Shown here: in pieces, positions 29,436 through 40,777 of the stretch | Layout of the letters: every line of letters begins with the position of its first letter | How positions within the stretch are numbered: position 1 is the first letter of the stretch | Origin: Actinomycetota bacterium | Lineage (GTDB): Bacteria; Actinomycetota; CADDZG01; JAHWKV01 | Reading direction: 5' to 3' | Assembly: GCA_046262935.1 (NCBI GenBank) | Contig: JBHELT010000083.1 | Coordinates: forward strand, 5,360-69,359 | Length of the DNA: 64,000 nt | Notes under the pieces: model-generated | Databases searched by the model: none | What the model saw: only the letters and a program-made list of their open reading frames with translations | Told to the model about the DNA's origin: nothing | Position numbers and translations under genes: made by a program

Positions 29436-31016
29436 GTGGATAATCGCCCGATGACATCTACGACCGTTCCAATCGACCTCAAAAGCAAGGCTGGGCGATT
29501 CACCCTGATCGCCACCATCCTCGCATCGGCGATCGTGTTCCTTGATTCAACCGTTGTGACGGTGGCGATCCCATCGATACAACGAGATTTCTCGGCGGCG
29601 TTCTCGTCGATGCAATGGGTCGGCGATGCGTACTTCGTGACGCTTACCGCTTTCCTTTTGATCGGGGGTTCTTACGGCGACCTCTTCGGTCGAAAACGAG
29701 CCTTCGTGATAGGGCTGGTCAGCTTTACCCTAGGTTCTATCCTTTGCGGTTCGGCCCCCAGCATCGGTTTCCTGATCGCAGCCAGAGCTATCCAGGGACT
29801 CGGCGGGGCGCTGCTCATACCTTCGAGCTTGGCGATCATCACGGCCACATTCGGTGAGGAGCAGCGTGGCAGGGCGATCGGGATATGGGCCGCTACCTCA
29901 GGTCTGGGGGCCGCGGTGGGCCCATTGGTCGGCGGCGCCCTGATCGACGCATTTTCGTGGAGATGGATCTTCTATATCAATATCCCGCTGGCCATTGTGA
30001 CCTTGCTGTTCGCACGGGCACAGATGCCCGAAACTCGCGACGAATCTGCGGTCCAACATCTTTCAACAGCAAGCGGAGCCGCCGCGGCCGTCGCCCTTGG
30101 AGGCGGTGCTTACTGCCTCATCCAGGGCCCCGTTGATGGATTCACGAACCCGCGAGTCTTGATCGCATCAGTCGTGGCGGTGATCTCGGCTTTCGCATAT
30201 TGGTATGTCGAGCGCAGGGCGAAACAGCCGATGATCCCTCACGGGGTGTTTCGAAACATACGTTTCACGTCTGTGCAGGTCGCCACGCTCACCATCTACT
30301 TCGCGCTGAATGGCGTATTTGTTTTCATCATCCTTGGCGCTCAACAGATCCACCACCTTTCTAGCCTCAAGGCGGGGGCCTCTCTCATTCCTATCACCTC
30401 ATTGTTGCTGCTGTTATCGCCAACTGTCGGTAAGGTCGCGGGGAAGATCGGTCCCAAGATCCCCATCGCGGCGGGCGCGTTGCTGTGTGCCATCGGGGTC
30501 GCGATCGCGGCGTTTTGGGGACCCCACGAAAGCTATTTCACACTATTGCTGCCGGCACTCGTCGTTTTCGGAGTGGGTCTTAGTTTCATAGTCGCCCCGA
30601 TCACCGGGGCAGCCGTTGCATCCTTGGGGCAGAGACATGCAGGGGTGGCTTCCGCTGTGAACAACGCGGTCTCGAGGCTGGCGGGTCTTCTGGCTTTCGC
30701 GATCTTGCCTGGGATCTCGCTTGTGGCATTCACCCCGGCATTGCATCAGCAGATCAGTACCATCGACATCTCTTCAAAGCAGAAGGCTTCGCTCCTGGTT
30801 AACGTCGACAAGCAAGGTGGACTCGAAGCCCCAAAGGGACTTTCTTCCGATTCTGCCAAACAGGTAACAGACGCGATCTCGGAGGCCTTCTATCGCGGGT
30901 ATCGCCTGACGCTGTTCTGCGTAGCGGGCGTCATGCTGATCGGCGGGATCATCGCCCTTTTGTTCGTCGGCAAACCGGATGAAAGTTTGATGCAAAACCA
31001 AACGCCGCCCCTATAG
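29436..31016 (+). CDS. MFS transporter, DHA2 (EmrB/QacA, 14-TMS) drug:H+ antiporter family
   Basis: 526 aa with 14 predicted TM helices. MFS motif A-like GRKRAF in the first cytoplasmic loop after TM2. Confidence 0.9.
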   Translation: MDNRPMTSTTVPIDLKSKAGRFTLIATILASAIVFLDSTVVTVAIPSIQRDFSAAFSSMQWVGDAYFVTLTAFLLIGGSYGDLFGRKRAFVIGLVSFTLGSILCGSAPSIGFLIAARAIQGLGGALLIPSSLAIITATFGEEQRGRAIGIWAATSGLGAAVGPLVGGALIDAFSWRWIFYINIPLAIVTLLFARAQMPETRDESAVQHLSTASGAAAAVALGGGAYCLIQGPVDGFTNPRVLIASVVAVISAFAYWYVERRAKQPMIPHGVFRNIRFTSVQVATLTIYFALNGVFVFIILGAQQIHHLSSLKAGASLIPITSLLLLLSPTVGKVAGKIGPKIPIAAGALLCAIGVAIAAFWGPHESYFTLLLPALVVFGVGLSFIVAPITGAAVASLGQRHAGVASAVNNAVSRLAGLLAFAILPGISLVAFTPALHQQISTIDISSKQKASLLVNVDKQGGLEAPKGLSSDSAKQVTDAISEAFYRGYRLTLFCVAGVMLIGGIIALLFVGKPDESLMQNQTPPL

Positions 31017-31077
31017 GTCCGTTCGAAGGACTATCGGAGCGGCGTTCGTTGCGATTGAAGCGATGGGCTGCTAGCGC

Positions 31078-31452
31078 TTAGGCCCTTTGTCCTAGAGACA
31101 AGATGTTTCCTTCGCTGTCCTTGAACCAAGCGCCTCTGAAATCACCGATCGAGGCGATGCTGTTTTCGGTCTTCAATCCGGGCATGTCGTACTCCTCGAA
31201 CTTGACGCCCTTGTTCTGAAGTTCCTTGACCTCGATCTCGATGTCGTCGACTTCCCAGCTGGCAAGGGTGTGACCTGCGGGCTGTCCACTCATAGTTGGA
31301 AACAGATAGAACTTGGTTGAACCAGAAGAGATCTGTACGCCTCCTGGGTCTTCCTCGCCCGGCCCGAATCCAAGTGTCTCGATGTAGAACTTCTTGGCTC
31401 GCTCGATATCCCATGCCGGGATCGTAGCGACGACGTCACTCTTGGTAAGCAT
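31078..31452 (-). CDS. VOC (glyoxalase/bleomycin-resistance) family protein
   Basis: 124 aa single VOC module. Typical length and beta-alpha-beta-beta-beta pattern. Confidence 0.75.
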   Translation of the reverse strand: MLTKSDVVATIPAWDIERAKKFYIETLGFGPGEEDPGGVQISSGSTKFYLFPTMSGQPAGHTLASWEVDDIEIEVKELQNKGVKFEEYDMPGLKTENSIASIGDFRGAWFKDSEGNILSLGQRA

Positions 31453-31565
31453 GGCATCACTCCTTTGGTTGAATGGAACAAGAACCTATTCCTAAAGGGG
31501 TTCTCAAGGCAAGCTGAAGCCTCCGGTCTCGGCCGAACCGGCCCGCGAACCCGGAAAGGCTCCCG

Positions 31566-32993
31566 TCAAAGCTGTAGAGACTTGACCTCTAGGAATTCCT
31601 CGAACCCGTGGACCCCCAGTTCGCGGCCGTTACCAGACTGCTTGAACCCGCCGAATGGAGCCTGCGGGTTAAAGGCGCCGCCATTGATCTCGACCTGTCC
31701 TGTTCTTATCTGACGAGCCACAGCCACCGCGCGGTCGCGGTCTGCCGACCAAACGCCCCCTGCCAATCCATAGATGGTGTCGTTAGCGATCTCGATGGCC
31801 TCTTCTTCTGTGTCGTACGCAAGGATCGAAAGTACAGGGCCGAAGATCTCCTCTTGCGCGATAGTCATGTCACGAGTCACTTCCGAAAATACAGTTGGCT
31901 TCACGAAGTAACCCTTGTCCAGCCCTTCGGGAAGCTCGGGCCCGCCGGTCACCAGTTTGGCGCCTTCTTCGATGCCCTTATGTATGTAGTTGCGAACCCG
32001 CTGCAATTGAGCCTCGGAGACCAATGGCCCGAGTCGTGTGCCATCGGCGAACGGACTTCCAACGACAAACTTCTCGGCCGCCTTCTTGGCGAGCTCCTCG
32101 ACCTCGGCGAGTTTCGCGCGCGGCACGATCATGCGCGTTAGTGCCGAGCATGTCTGGCCCGAATTCAAGAACGCAGCATCAACACCTTCCGCAATAGCCT
32201 TCGATAGGTCGGCATCGTCCAAGATCACGTTCGGCGACTTGCCTCCCAGCTCAAGAGCAACCTTTTTGATCGTCTGCGCAGCAAGTTCGCTGACCCGCTT
32301 TCCTGCTCTTGTCGAACCAGTGAACGAGATCATGTCGACGTCTGGGTTGGATGCGAGCGTTTCGCCAACAACCGGACCTACGCCGGTAACCAAGTTGAAA
32401 ACACCAGCGGGCAGTCCTGCCTCGTCCATGATCTCGGCGAGGATGAATGCATTGAGTGGAGCGACCTCGCTTGGCTTCAGGACCACGGTGCATCCGGCCG
32501 CGATCGCGGGGGCAACCTTGGCCACTATCTGGTGCAGTGGGTAGTTCCACGGGGTGATGCAACCAACAACGCCCACGGGTTCGCGCACCACGAGTGAGTT
32601 GCCAACTTGCTCTTCGAATTTGAACGTGTCGAGGATCTCTTGGATCGACCCCAGCGTCAGGGTAGGAAGACCAGCCTGGATCATGGTCGACAACCTGAGC
32701 GGCATCCCAACTTCTCGCGCGATGAGTTCGGCGATCTCTCCGATGCGAACCTGGAAGCCCTCGGTGATCCGTTGGATGTACTTACCGCGCTCTTCGACCG
32801 ATGTGCGTGACCATCCCACGAAGGCTCGCTTAGCCGCGGCAACTGCGATGTCTACGTCTTCGGAGACACCCTCGGGCACGGTTCCCATGACCTGCTCAGT
32901 TGTGGAATCGATGACATCGATAGTGCCATTGCCCTTGGAAGGTACCCAAGCTCCCTCGATATAAAGCCTGTCTCTTACGATCAGATCGCTCAA
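31566..32993 (-). CDS. NAD(P)-dependent aldehyde dehydrogenase
   Basis: 475 aa. ALDH glutamate and cysteine active-site regions (ELGGKSP, ...[12 protein letters not shown]). Confidence 0.9.
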   Translation of the reverse strand: MSDLIVRDRLYIEGAWVPSKGNGTIDVIDSTTEQVMGTVPEGVSEDVDIAVAAAKRAFVGWSRTSVEERGKYIQRITEGFQVRIGEIAELIAREVGMPLRLSTMIQAGLPTLTLGSIQEILDTFKFEEQVGNSLVVREPVGVVGCITPWNYPLHQIVAKVAPAIAAGCTVVLKPSEVAPLNAFILAEIMDEAGLPAGVFNLVTGVGPVVGETLASNPDVDMISFTGSTRAGKRVSELAAQTIKKVALELGGKSPNVILDDADLSKAIAEGVDAAFLNSGQTCSALTRMIVPRAKLAEVEELAKKAAEKFVVGSPFADGTRLGPLVSEAQLQRVRNYIHKGIEEGAKLVTGGPELPEGLDKGYFVKPTVFSEVTRDMTIAQEEIFGPVLSILAYDTEEEAIEIANDTIYGLAGGVWSADRDRAVAVARQIRTGQVEINGGAFNPQAPFGGFKQSGNGRELGVHGFEEFLEVKSLQL

Positions 32994-33054
32994 TGTCTTC
33001 TCCTGCTCGGTTGCTTCTACTTTACCCCTGCCCGGGATCAGAGCGATTCACCCT

Positions 33055-33573
33055 TTACGCATTGAGCGACTTAAACTTATGGCGTCCCACTGCGAGCGAC
33101 GATAGCGTGGCAACCCCCAGGCCCATGCCAAGACCCACGATGAGCGCAAGTATCCCCGCTGTGGGGTAAGGCAAGGCGACCCCTATGAGGCGATCGATCG
33201 AATCGAACCCAGGCCCAGATAGTCCGACCCCAAGAGCCCCAAGGGCGATAAGCAGTGGGAATTCGAAACCACCCTTCGCGTTGAAAAACCCCTTCGGCAA
33301 GTGAACTTTGACAATGGCGACGGTCATGGTCCCCACGATCATCGCTACGGCCAAAGGCGTAAAGAATCCACTCGCCAAAGCAAGACCGCCCATCATTTCA
33401 CTGGTTCCGGTGAGTATGGCGAACGGTCGAGCGGGCGTGAAGCCCATCGACTCCAGCATCCCTGCGGTTCCTCCGATGCCAGGGCCATCGAACCAGCCAA
33501 ACAGTTTCTGAGTCCCGTGCGCAGCAATGATCAAACCAACAGCGAGTCTGATCACAAGAACGCCAACGTCCAC
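33055..33573 (-). CDS. DoxX family membrane protein
   Basis: 172 aa with four TM helices. N-terminus IRLAVGLIIAAHGTQKLFGW is typical of DoxX. Confidence 0.85.
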   Translation of the reverse strand: MDVGVLVIRLAVGLIIAAHGTQKLFGWFDGPGIGGTAGMLESMGFTPARPFAILTGTSEMMGGLALASGFFTPLAVAMIVGTMTVAIVKVHLPKGFFNAKGGFEFPLLIALGALGVGLSGPGFDSIDRLIGVALPYPTAGILALIVGLGMGLGVATLSSLAVGRHKFKSLNA

Positions 33574-33701
33574 CAGCTACCTCCTCGACTCCTTTCCCCA
33601 TGCATACCCCGATGGAGCCATAAAGAACCTAGTCACCGGGAGGCTGCGAGCTTAGAGTTTGGTCCACTGGTTTCGCTCACACCTATTGAACGGGGTTCGA
33701 T

Positions 33702-35324
33702 ATGAAGGGCCTTATGCAAGATTTCCCGCTCACCCTCACGCACTTTTTGGATAGGGCAGAAAAACTATTCCCGAAGAAAGGCGTAACGACCGCTTTCCCA
33801 ACCGGCCCCCACCGCGTCTCATACGCCGAATGGGCGCTTAGGACACGCCGTCTTGCGGGGGCCCTGGACAAGCTCGGGGTCTCGCCACAAGGCAGGGTCG
33901 GCACGTTCGGCTGGAACACGGAGCGACACCTCGAGCTGTACTTCGCGGTCCCCTGCAGCGGACGGATCATGCACACACTCAACATCCGCCTTTTTCCTGC
34001 GGACATCACTTACATCGTCAATCACGCCGAGGATGAGGTGATATTCGTCGACCGATCATTGGTCGCCGCGCTTTGGCCGATCGTTGATTCATTCACCACG
34101 GTCAAAAGCATCGTGGTGATGGACGACGGGAAGGGAGACGTACCAGACGATCATCGGATCATCGACTTCGATTCGCTCATGGACGGCGTACAGCCAGCCG
34201 AGTTCCCTCAACTAGATGAACACCGCGCGGCTTCGATGATGTACACCAGCGGAACGACCGGGAAACCGAAGGGAGTTGTGTACACACATCGCTCGATCTT
34301 CTTGCACACCTTTGCCGTCATGCTCGCAGACACCCTCGGCATTCGCGAGAAAGATGTCGTGCTTCCGGTTGTTCCGATGTTCCACGCGAACTGTTGGGGC
34401 ATCGCACATGCATGCGTCGCATCGGGGGCCGATCTCGTGATGCCTGGTTCGGACCTCTCGGCGCCAGCGCTGCTCGACCTCATCAGATCGCAAGAGGTGA
34501 CGATCACTGCCGGCGTGCCAACTATCTGGATGGCGCTTCTACCCCTGCTGCAAGGAGCAGAACTTCCGAAGCTCGAGCGAGTCGTTTGTGGAGGATCCGC
34601 CGTGCCGAAGGCCCTGTCCGAAGGTTTTCGGCAAGCTATCGGGATCCCAATAACGCAGGCATGGGGCATGACCGAGACGAGTCCGATCGGGTCTTTCGGA
34701 AATATCAAGTCGTACCTGCAAGATTCCTCCGAGGACGTGCTCGCCGACCTGCGCTCTACCCAGGGCATCATCGTGCCCGGCGTCGAATTCCGGATCGTTG
34801 AACCGGAAACCACCAACGAACTTGCATGGGATGGGTCGACCAGCGGTGAATTGCAAGTACGCGGTCCGTGGGTAGTCTCGGACTATTACAACCACCCAGG
34901 TTCGCAAGAGTCATTCACATCCGATGGATATTTTCGGACCGGTGATGTCGCGGTTGTCGACCCAGAGGGATACATAAGATTGGTTGATCGAACCAAAGAC
35001 CTCATCAAGTCCGGAGGCGAATGGATAAGCTCGGTCGGCTTAGAGAATGAGATCATGGCTCATCCGGCGATCGCTGAGGCCGCCGTCATCGGAGTTGCCT
35101 CCGCCAAGTGGGACGAACGTCCATTGGCATGTGTGGTCGTGAAGCCCGGCGAGAAGATCTCGAAAGAGGACATCATCGAACACCTGCGAGGGCGCGTTGC
35201 GAAGTGGTGGCTGCCCGACGATGTCGTCTTCATCGATGAGATCCCTAAGACTTCTGTCGGTAAGTTCTCGAAGAAGGAGCTACGCGAACGATTCAAGGAC
35301 CATCCATTGCCGAAAACAACGTAA
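33702..35324 (+). CDS. AMP-dependent synthetase/ligase (medium/long-chain fatty-acid--CoA ligase, FadD-like)
   Basis: AMP-binding signature [13 protein letters not shown] and C-terminal adenylation motifs. Confidence 0.9.
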   Translation: MKGLMQDFPLTLTHFLDRAEKLFPKKGVTTAFPTGPHRVSYAEWALRTRRLAGALDKLGVSPQGRVGTFGWNTERHLELYFAVPCSGRIMHTLNIRLFPADITYIVNHAEDEVIFVDRSLVAALWPIVDSFTTVKSIVVMDDGKGDVPDDHRIIDFDSLMDGVQPAEFPQLDEHRAASMMYTSGTTGKPKGVVYTHRSIFLHTFAVMLADTLGIREKDVVLPVVPMFHANCWGIAHACVASGADLVMPGSDLSAPALLDLIRSQEVTITAGVPTIWMALLPLLQGAELPKLERVVCGGSAVPKALSEGFRQAIGIPITQAWGMTETSPIGSFGNIKSYLQDSSEDVLADLRSTQGIIVPGVEFRIVEPETTNELAWDGSTSGELQVRGPWVVSDYYNHPGSQESFTSDGYFRTGDVAVVDPEGYIRLVDRTKDLIKSGGEWISSVGLENEIMAHPAIAEAAVIGVASAKWDERPLACVVVKPGEKISKEDIIEHLRGRVAKWWLPDDVVFIDEIPKTSVGKFSKKELRERFKDHPLPKTT

Positions 35325-35380
35325 CGGCAAGTGTCTTGATTCGATAGCTTTGTCAAGCCGGGGAATGAATCCGGCGATCC

Positions 35381-36316
35381 ATGAGTTACAAGGTGTCCAA
35401 CGAAAGGCCCGAGATGAGATCGGAAGCGACTGAACAACAGGTTCCCCATCTACCGGACTATGCCAGCACATTGATCGGTGCCATTGGCAGGGTCGACCTC
35501 CGGGTCCGCGACATCGAGCGTTCGCTTGGTTTCTATTCCTCCGTCGCCGGCCTGCAGATTATGCAGCGTGATGAAAGCGGTGTGTCTTTGGGGGCGGGAA
35601 CGGACGTCTTCCTGCATCTGTCATCGGAAGGGGTCGATGCCCCTGCGCTCAGAAGGTCAACTGGTTTGTTCCACACCGCGATCCGATACCCCTCGGCCGC
35701 TGATCTTGGTGACGCACTCGTGCGGCTCGCCGAGACTGGCATCCCAGTCGGTGCCGGGGACCACGGGGTCAGCGAAGCCCTTTACGTGGACGATCCAGAC
35801 GGTAATGGCGTTGAGCTTTACAGGGACCGACCGTTGGACGAGTGGCCGACCCCGCCATCCGGCCAAAAGGTGATTGGGATGACTGGCCCGGTCGATCTCG
35901 ATCGGTTGATCGAGTTGAGCCGCGGGACAGACGCTTTAGGCCAACCAGCACCCTTGACAACCGACATCGGTCACATCCATCTGAAGGTGAGCGACATGGC
36001 GCGCACGTTCGAGTTCTACTCGAAGATCCTTGGCCTAGACGTCATGGGTGAGATGCGCGATCAGGCAGGGTTCTTCTCTTCTTATGGTTATCACCACAAC
36101 ATCGGGACCAACACATGGGAATCTCGCGGCGCGGGCCCTGCACCCAGCAATCACGCGGGCCTAAGCAGAGTCGTATTCGAAGTTGATGGTCAGGAAGAGA
36201 TCTCAGCCCTCGCCGAACGATTGTCTGGTGCCGAGGGCTACCACGAAAGCATCGAAAGCGGCATAACCGTGAAAGACCCAGACGGCATCGAATTGGTGTT
36301 CGTCGTGGCTCGTTAG
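35381..36316 (+). CDS. two-module VOC family protein (extradiol dioxygenase / glyoxalase-like)
   Basis: Two tandem VOC modules (~150 aa each). Confidence 0.75.
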   Translation: MSYKVSNERPEMRSEATEQQVPHLPDYASTLIGAIGRVDLRVRDIERSLGFYSSVAGLQIMQRDESGVSLGAGTDVFLHLSSEGVDAPALRRSTGLFHTAIRYPSAADLGDALVRLAETGIPVGAGDHGVSEALYVDDPDGNGVELYRDRPLDEWPTPPSGQKVIGMTGPVDLDRLIELSRGTDALGQPAPLTTDIGHIHLKVSDMARTFEFYSKILGLDVMGEMRDQAGFFSSYGYHHNIGTNTWESRGAGPAPSNHAGLSRVVFEVDGQEEISALAERLSGAEGYHESIESGITVKDPDGIELVFVVAR

Positions 36317-37314
36317 CCTTGCTCGGCAACCTGAATGCGAACAACTGAACCCTCTGGATAAGTCCTGATCTGCACGAGGTCGCATACCTGGTTGACCATC
36401 CAAAGGCCAAAGCCTCCTTCATGTCCACCGGTAGGCTTGCGCCTTCCCACCAACGGATCCTCGATGCGACCGGAATCTTGGATCTCGCAAACGAAAGCCC
36501 TTGGCAACGGGTCGGTCCAAACCCGCACGTGCCCTTTTCCGCCGCCATGTCGAAGGGTATTCGCAGCTACTTCATGGATCGCCAACACCAGGTCTTCGAT
36601 CCGCCCCGCAGAAAGACCAGAGTAGGAAGCCTGGACGGCAACAAGGTTCCTAAGCGATACGAGAGCCGAAGCGTCGAAATCGAACTCCACGACCGGTTGG
36701 TTGGGCTCGGGCAGCCGCTTGTCGAAAGGCTGAGCGATCGAAGCCAGCCCGCGGTATCTGTCACTCGGGGCGCGAGTGCCGCCCAGCCTGACCTCGGGGT
36801 GGCTGCGATAGGCCTCGTCCAGAGTCTCCTGGTCGAGAGAGCTGACGTCGTAAGGACACAAGATCCAACCATCTAGTCCATCGAATGCCAGGTTGATCAG
36901 GTCCTCGTGCCTTTGAGCTTCAGCCAGCTCCGCTTCGGAACGGCCCGCCCAGATCGGTTCACCGATACCCCGGACCTTTTTCTTTGTCGTCGCACCTTGA
37001 TCGAGGAGGTCTTTCCACACAGGGATGATCCGCGCCGGATTGCGGCCAACCTCAGCCATATCGGCGAACATTACGAGATCCTTGTTGCTATCTAGAGCCT
37101 GTTTGAGGCCCTCGATCTTGCGCGCTGGAACAACCACAAGTATCGGTTCTTCGGCCTCGATCCCTTCTAGGATGAAGTCGATCGTTTCATCGACGAAGGC
37201 TGCCTCCCCTTGGTAGAAAAGCGCCTCGTGCTTGAAAGGCTGACTGCTCACTGCCCCACTTCCACGCTGCTCACTCGCCCTGTGCTGCAACCCGCAATAT
37301 CCTCGTCCGGACAC
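36313..37314 (-). CDS. MEDS domain + HATPase_c (RsbW-like) anti-sigma-factor-type regulatory protein
   Basis: N-terminal H-x-x-x-FY motif (HEALFYQGE) of MEDS domains. C-terminal GHE..GFGLWMV ATP-binding lid typical of serine-kinase anti-sigma factors. Orphan gene: no sigma or anti-anti-sigma partner nearby. Confidence 0.55.
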   Translation of the reverse strand: MSGRGYCGLQHRASEQRGSGAVSSQPFKHEALFYQGEAAFVDETIDFILEGIEAEEPILVVVPARKIEGLKQALDSNKDLVMFADMAEVGRNPARIIPVWKDLLDQGATTKKKVRGIGEPIWAGRSEAELAEAQRHEDLINLAFDGLDGWILCPYDVSSLDQETLDEAYRSHPEVRLGGTRAPSDRYRGLASIAQPFDKRLPEPNQPVVEFDFDASALVSLRNLVAVQASYSGLSAGRIEDLVLAIHEVAANTLRHGGGKGHVRVWTDPLPRAFVCEIQDSGRIEDPLVGRRKPTGGHEGGFGLWMVNQVCDLVQIRTYPEGSVVRIQVAEQG

Positions 37315-37468
37315 CGCTGCAAAAGAGCATGATGCATGCTCTTTGGTATCTCAAGGATGCATTGCCCCTGCGGCGCCGACGCTAAACCCCTTTCCAGGGC
37401 ATCGAGTGGAATTATTTGGAGCGATAGCGGACGATGTGCCCAGTTTCGTCCCCATTTGCGTCCCCCAT

Positions 37469-38467
37469 ATGTATCCTTGGTCCGTGTCCGAAATACTCGA
37501 ACAAACCAAACAGATCCGTGGATCAGCCATCTCCACAAGTCAATTGACTAAGGTGTTCCCCGCGCCGATGGGTCCCCTCACCGCGGTTGACCATTTGGAC
37601 CTCGAAGTAGCGGAAGGCGAGATCTTTGGCCTCCTCGGGCCGAACGGTGCCGGTAAGACGACCACCGTTGGGATGCTCTGCACCCGAGTTATACCAACAT
37701 CCGGTTCAGCGATCGTCGGTGGTATCGATGTTGTTGCTGATCCGACCGTAGCCAAACAAGTGATCAGTGTCGTTTCGCAATCCAACACGCTAGATCGCAG
37801 TTTGAGTGTTGAGGAGAACCTGTTCTTTCATGGTCGCTACTTCGGTATGGCTAAGCCCGATGCGAAAAGCGAAGCGCAAAGGATGCTCGAACAATTCCGG
37901 CTCACGGATCGGGCACGCGCCGATGTGAACTCGCTTTCGGGTGGTATGGCGCAAAGACTATTGATCGCTCGCGCCATCATGCACCGGCCACAGATACTGT
38001 TTCTCGATGAACCAACCGCTGGACTCGATCCTCAAAGCAGGCTCGCCCTCTGGGAGATCCTCAGGCAGATCCACGCAGCGGGACAAACGATCATGCTGAC
38101 GACCCACTACATGGAAGAAGCCGATGCGCTTTGCGAACGCGTTGCGATCATGGACCATGGCCGCATCCTGGCCCTCGGCTCCCCCGAAGAACTGAAGCGC
38201 TCCGTGGGGGCCGATACCGAGATAAAGATCTCCGCCGCTGGCGACCTGCAGGTGCTCGCCGATGAACTTCTGGGTTTCGATGGAGCCACTGGCGCGCGCG
38301 TGATCGATGGTCACGTACGCCTCAACCTAAAGGGCGCCGAAGGAGCTGTTCCCAAGATCGTTAACTTCTGCGACTCGAAGGGCTTCGCATTGCAGGATCT
38401 TTCTGTGACGGAGCCGACCCTTGAAACTGTCTTCATCAATCTGACAGGGAAAGATCTGAGGGAATGA
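37469..38467 (+). CDS. ABC transporter ATP-binding protein
   Basis: Internal ATG at 37469. Walker A GPNGAGKTT, signature LSGGMAQRL, Walker B ILFLDEPTAGLD. Confidence 0.85.
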   Translation: MYPWSVSEILEQTKQIRGSAISTSQLTKVFPAPMGPLTAVDHLDLEVAEGEIFGLLGPNGAGKTTTVGMLCTRVIPTSGSAIVGGIDVVADPTVAKQVISVVSQSNTLDRSLSVEENLFFHGRYFGMAKPDAKSEAQRMLEQFRLTDRARADVNSLSGGMAQRLLIARAIMHRPQILFLDEPTAGLDPQSRLALWEILRQIHAAGQTIMLTTHYMEEADALCERVAIMDHGRILALGSPEELKRSVGADTEIKISAAGDLQVLADELLGFDGATGARVIDGHVRLNLKGAEGAVPKIVNFCDSKGFALQDLSVTEPTLETVFINLTGKDLRE

Positions 38468-38471
38468 ACTG

Positions 38472-39308
38472 ATGAGTTCGGAAACTCTCGAAATCGTGCA
38501 AGTGAGGCCCCGGACCTCGGCGGCATTAACCGCCTTCGCTGCGTTGCTCGTGCGAGACATGACGGTATTGAAGAAGACGTTTCATCAATTCATCTTGCGG
38601 ACGATCATGCAGCCTTTGCTTTTCGTTTTCGTCTTCACTTACGTCTTTCCTAAGATCGGCCAAGGCATCGGCGGGAACGCAGGCGGACAAGGAGCGTTTT
38701 CGAGCCTGCTGGTTCCCGGAGTCTTGGCTATCGCGTCGATCTTCCAAGGCATCCAGGCCGTCGCGCTGCCCCTGGTGCAAGAGTTCGGCTACACCCGAGA
38801 GATCGAGGATCGCATGATGGCCCCGCTTCCCATCTGGGGCGTCGCCCTGGAGAAACTCGTATCTGGTGCTGTGCAAGGGATGATCGCAGCGCTCGTTGTG
38901 TTCCCACTGGCAAACTTCATCCCCGCAACACCAGTGCATCTACACATCAGATGGTTCGTGTTCGTCACCGTGCTGCCACTATCGACGTTCCTTGGGGCAT
39001 CACTCGGCCTCGCCATCGGGACGAAGGTAAAACCTCAGCAGGTACCGTTGATATTCAGTGTCGTTGTTATCCCCATAACATTCCTCGGAGCGACCTATTA
39101 TCCGTGGGCAAGACTCACCCCGATCCCGTGGCTCAAGTACACGGTTCTGATCAACCCTTTGGTATACATGAGTGAGGCATTTAGGGCGGCAGTCACGCCG
39201 CAGTTTCCCCACATGAATCTGTTCGCCATCTACGCAGGCCTTATCGGTTTCACCGCGTTGCTGGCATCACTTGGCATCCAGGGATTCAGGAGCCGGGTCC
39301 TCACCTGA
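38472..39308 (+). CDS. ABC-2 type transporter permease
   Basis: 278 aa with six TM helices, 4 nt after the ATPase gene. Confidence 0.8.
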   Translation: MSSETLEIVQVRPRTSAALTAFAALLVRDMTVLKKTFHQFILRTIMQPLLFVFVFTYVFPKIGQGIGGNAGGQGAFSSLLVPGVLAIASIFQGIQAVALPLVQEFGYTREIEDRMMAPLPIWGVALEKLVSGAVQGMIAALVVFPLANFIPATPVHLHIRWFVFVTVLPLSTFLGASLGLAIGTKVKPQQVPLIFSVVVIPITFLGATYYPWARLTPIPWLKYTVLINPLVYMSEAFRAAVTPQFPHMNLFAIYAGLIGFTALLASLGIQGFRSRVLT

Positions 39309-40229
39309 TCAGAGATCTCGTTTCGTCCGCGCTACTGGCAATGGGGTAAGAACCCTTTCGAGTTCCGACCGCAGCGACTCGAATGCCGGGGGCAGCGACA
39401 GGGCTTCACCCAACGATTCCTCAGGTTCATCGGCGGTGAAACCTGGACCGATCGTAGCGACCTCGAAGAGAACCCCCGATGGTTCCCTGAAATAGATAGA
39501 GCGGAAGTAGTAACGGTCGATGACCGGGGTGACGTTGACCCCCGCGGCTTTCAGTTTCAAATGCCATGCCTCGTGTTCGTCCATCGAAGTCGCCCAAGCG
39601 ACATGGTGGATGGTTCCCGCTCCATTTAGTCCCGGTTTCGCGGGAGGCTCGTCGTAGACGTAAGACCCTTGACGCCCCGAGCCAATGGCTGCCCAACCAG
39701 TGGTCGCCTCTTCGAATGACATCGGTTCACGAAGAAAAGCTGAACTTGGATCTGGGTCCGACGAGTAAGCCCGCACGCCGTCGAATCCGATCAGCGCGAA
39801 GGGTGCTGGGATATCGGGGTGCTTCGCCACAAGAGGCGGATCTTCAACATCGCTCACCACAAGTTCGAGGTCGAGCCCTTCGGGATCGGCGAACCTCAGC
39901 GAGTCGGGCGTCCGGTTGATTTCGAGGGCAACCCTGCCCAGCCGCTCCTCCCAGAAAGCAAGGGCTTGTTGGGATGCGACCCTCCATACGACACGGTGCA
40001 CCATCCCGTCTCCGGCACGCCCCCTGGGGGCCCCCGGGTATTCAAAGAAAGTGATGTCGGACCCTGGACTGCCCTTCTCGTCGGCATAGAAGAGGTGGTA
40101 CACCGTCGGGTCGTCCTGGTTCACCGACTTCTTCACCAGCCTCAGCCCGAGGGTCCCCGCGTAGAAATCCACGTTCGTGCGAACATCGGCAGTTATCCCC
40201 GTTATGTGGTGGATCCCTTCGAGTTTCAT
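39309..40229 (-). CDS. VOC family ring-cleaving dioxygenase (two-module, MhqA/YfiE-like)
   Basis: Start MKLEGIHHITGITAD at 40229 with AAGGAG RBS. Two VOC modules. Confidence 0.8.
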   Translation of the reverse strand: MKLEGIHHITGITADVRTNVDFYAGTLGLRLVKKSVNQDDPTVYHLFYADEKGSPGSDITFFEYPGAPRGRAGDGMVHRVVWRVASQQALAFWEERLGRVALEINRTPDSLRFADPEGLDLELVVSDVEDPPLVAKHPDIPAPFALIGFDGVRAYSSDPDPSSAFLREPMSFEEATTGWAAIGSGRQGSYVYDEPPAKPGLNGAGTIHHVAWATSMDEHEAWHLKLKAAGVNVTPVIDRYYFRSIYFREPSGVLFEVATIGPGFTADEPEESLGEALSLPPAFESLRSELERVLTPLPVARTKRDL

Positions 40230-40396
40230 GGACGCTCCTTCTTCTAAGACAACTTCACCATAACCGGGTGCGTTAGGCAGAGCCGTAGGTGTAAAAAGGG
40301 CGAGATGCGCGGATTTTCTGTAGATCTGGCAGGAACCGGCATGAGACACGTCGAATCTATGGGGGAGATGACCACCTGCCCCATGGATGTTCAGAT

Positions 40397-40777
40397 ATGA
40401 AGCCGCGCCTTGTGCGTCTGGTCTTCGCCTTCGCCCTCATAACTGGGACCTTGGCCACTCACTTTTCTTTCGCGGCGAATCGATTCTCGATCATCGCCTA
40501 CCAATCCAGATATACGCCCGGGGATAACCGGGGGCCGCTTCATGTTTCAGTGACCGCCGGCAGCGACCTTTCCTTGACCAATCTCGATATCGGCGCGGGC
40601 CACTCGGTTACTTCGGATGACTTCTTAGGCTCCACGATGACCCGGCTCTTTGGGAGCGACAACATCAGCTTCAATAAGACCGCGGATGTGGTTGGTGTTT
40701 CGTCACTGCCCAAAGGTTCGTATCTGTTCCACTGCAACATCCACGACGAGATGCACGGAACCTTGGACGTCATATGA
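40397..40777 (+). CDS. secreted cupredoxin (type 1 blue copper) domain protein
   Basis: Signal peptide. C-terminal type 1 copper ligand pattern ...H...C-x2-H-x2-M (FHCNIHDEMHG). About 100-aa mature beta-sandwich. Confidence 0.7.
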   Translation: MKPRLVRLVFAFALITGTLATHFSFAANRFSIIAYQSRYTPGDNRGPLHVSVTAGSDLSLTNLDIGAGHSVTSDDFLGSTMTRLFGSDNISFNKTADVVGVSSLPKGSYLFHCNIHDEMHGTLDVI

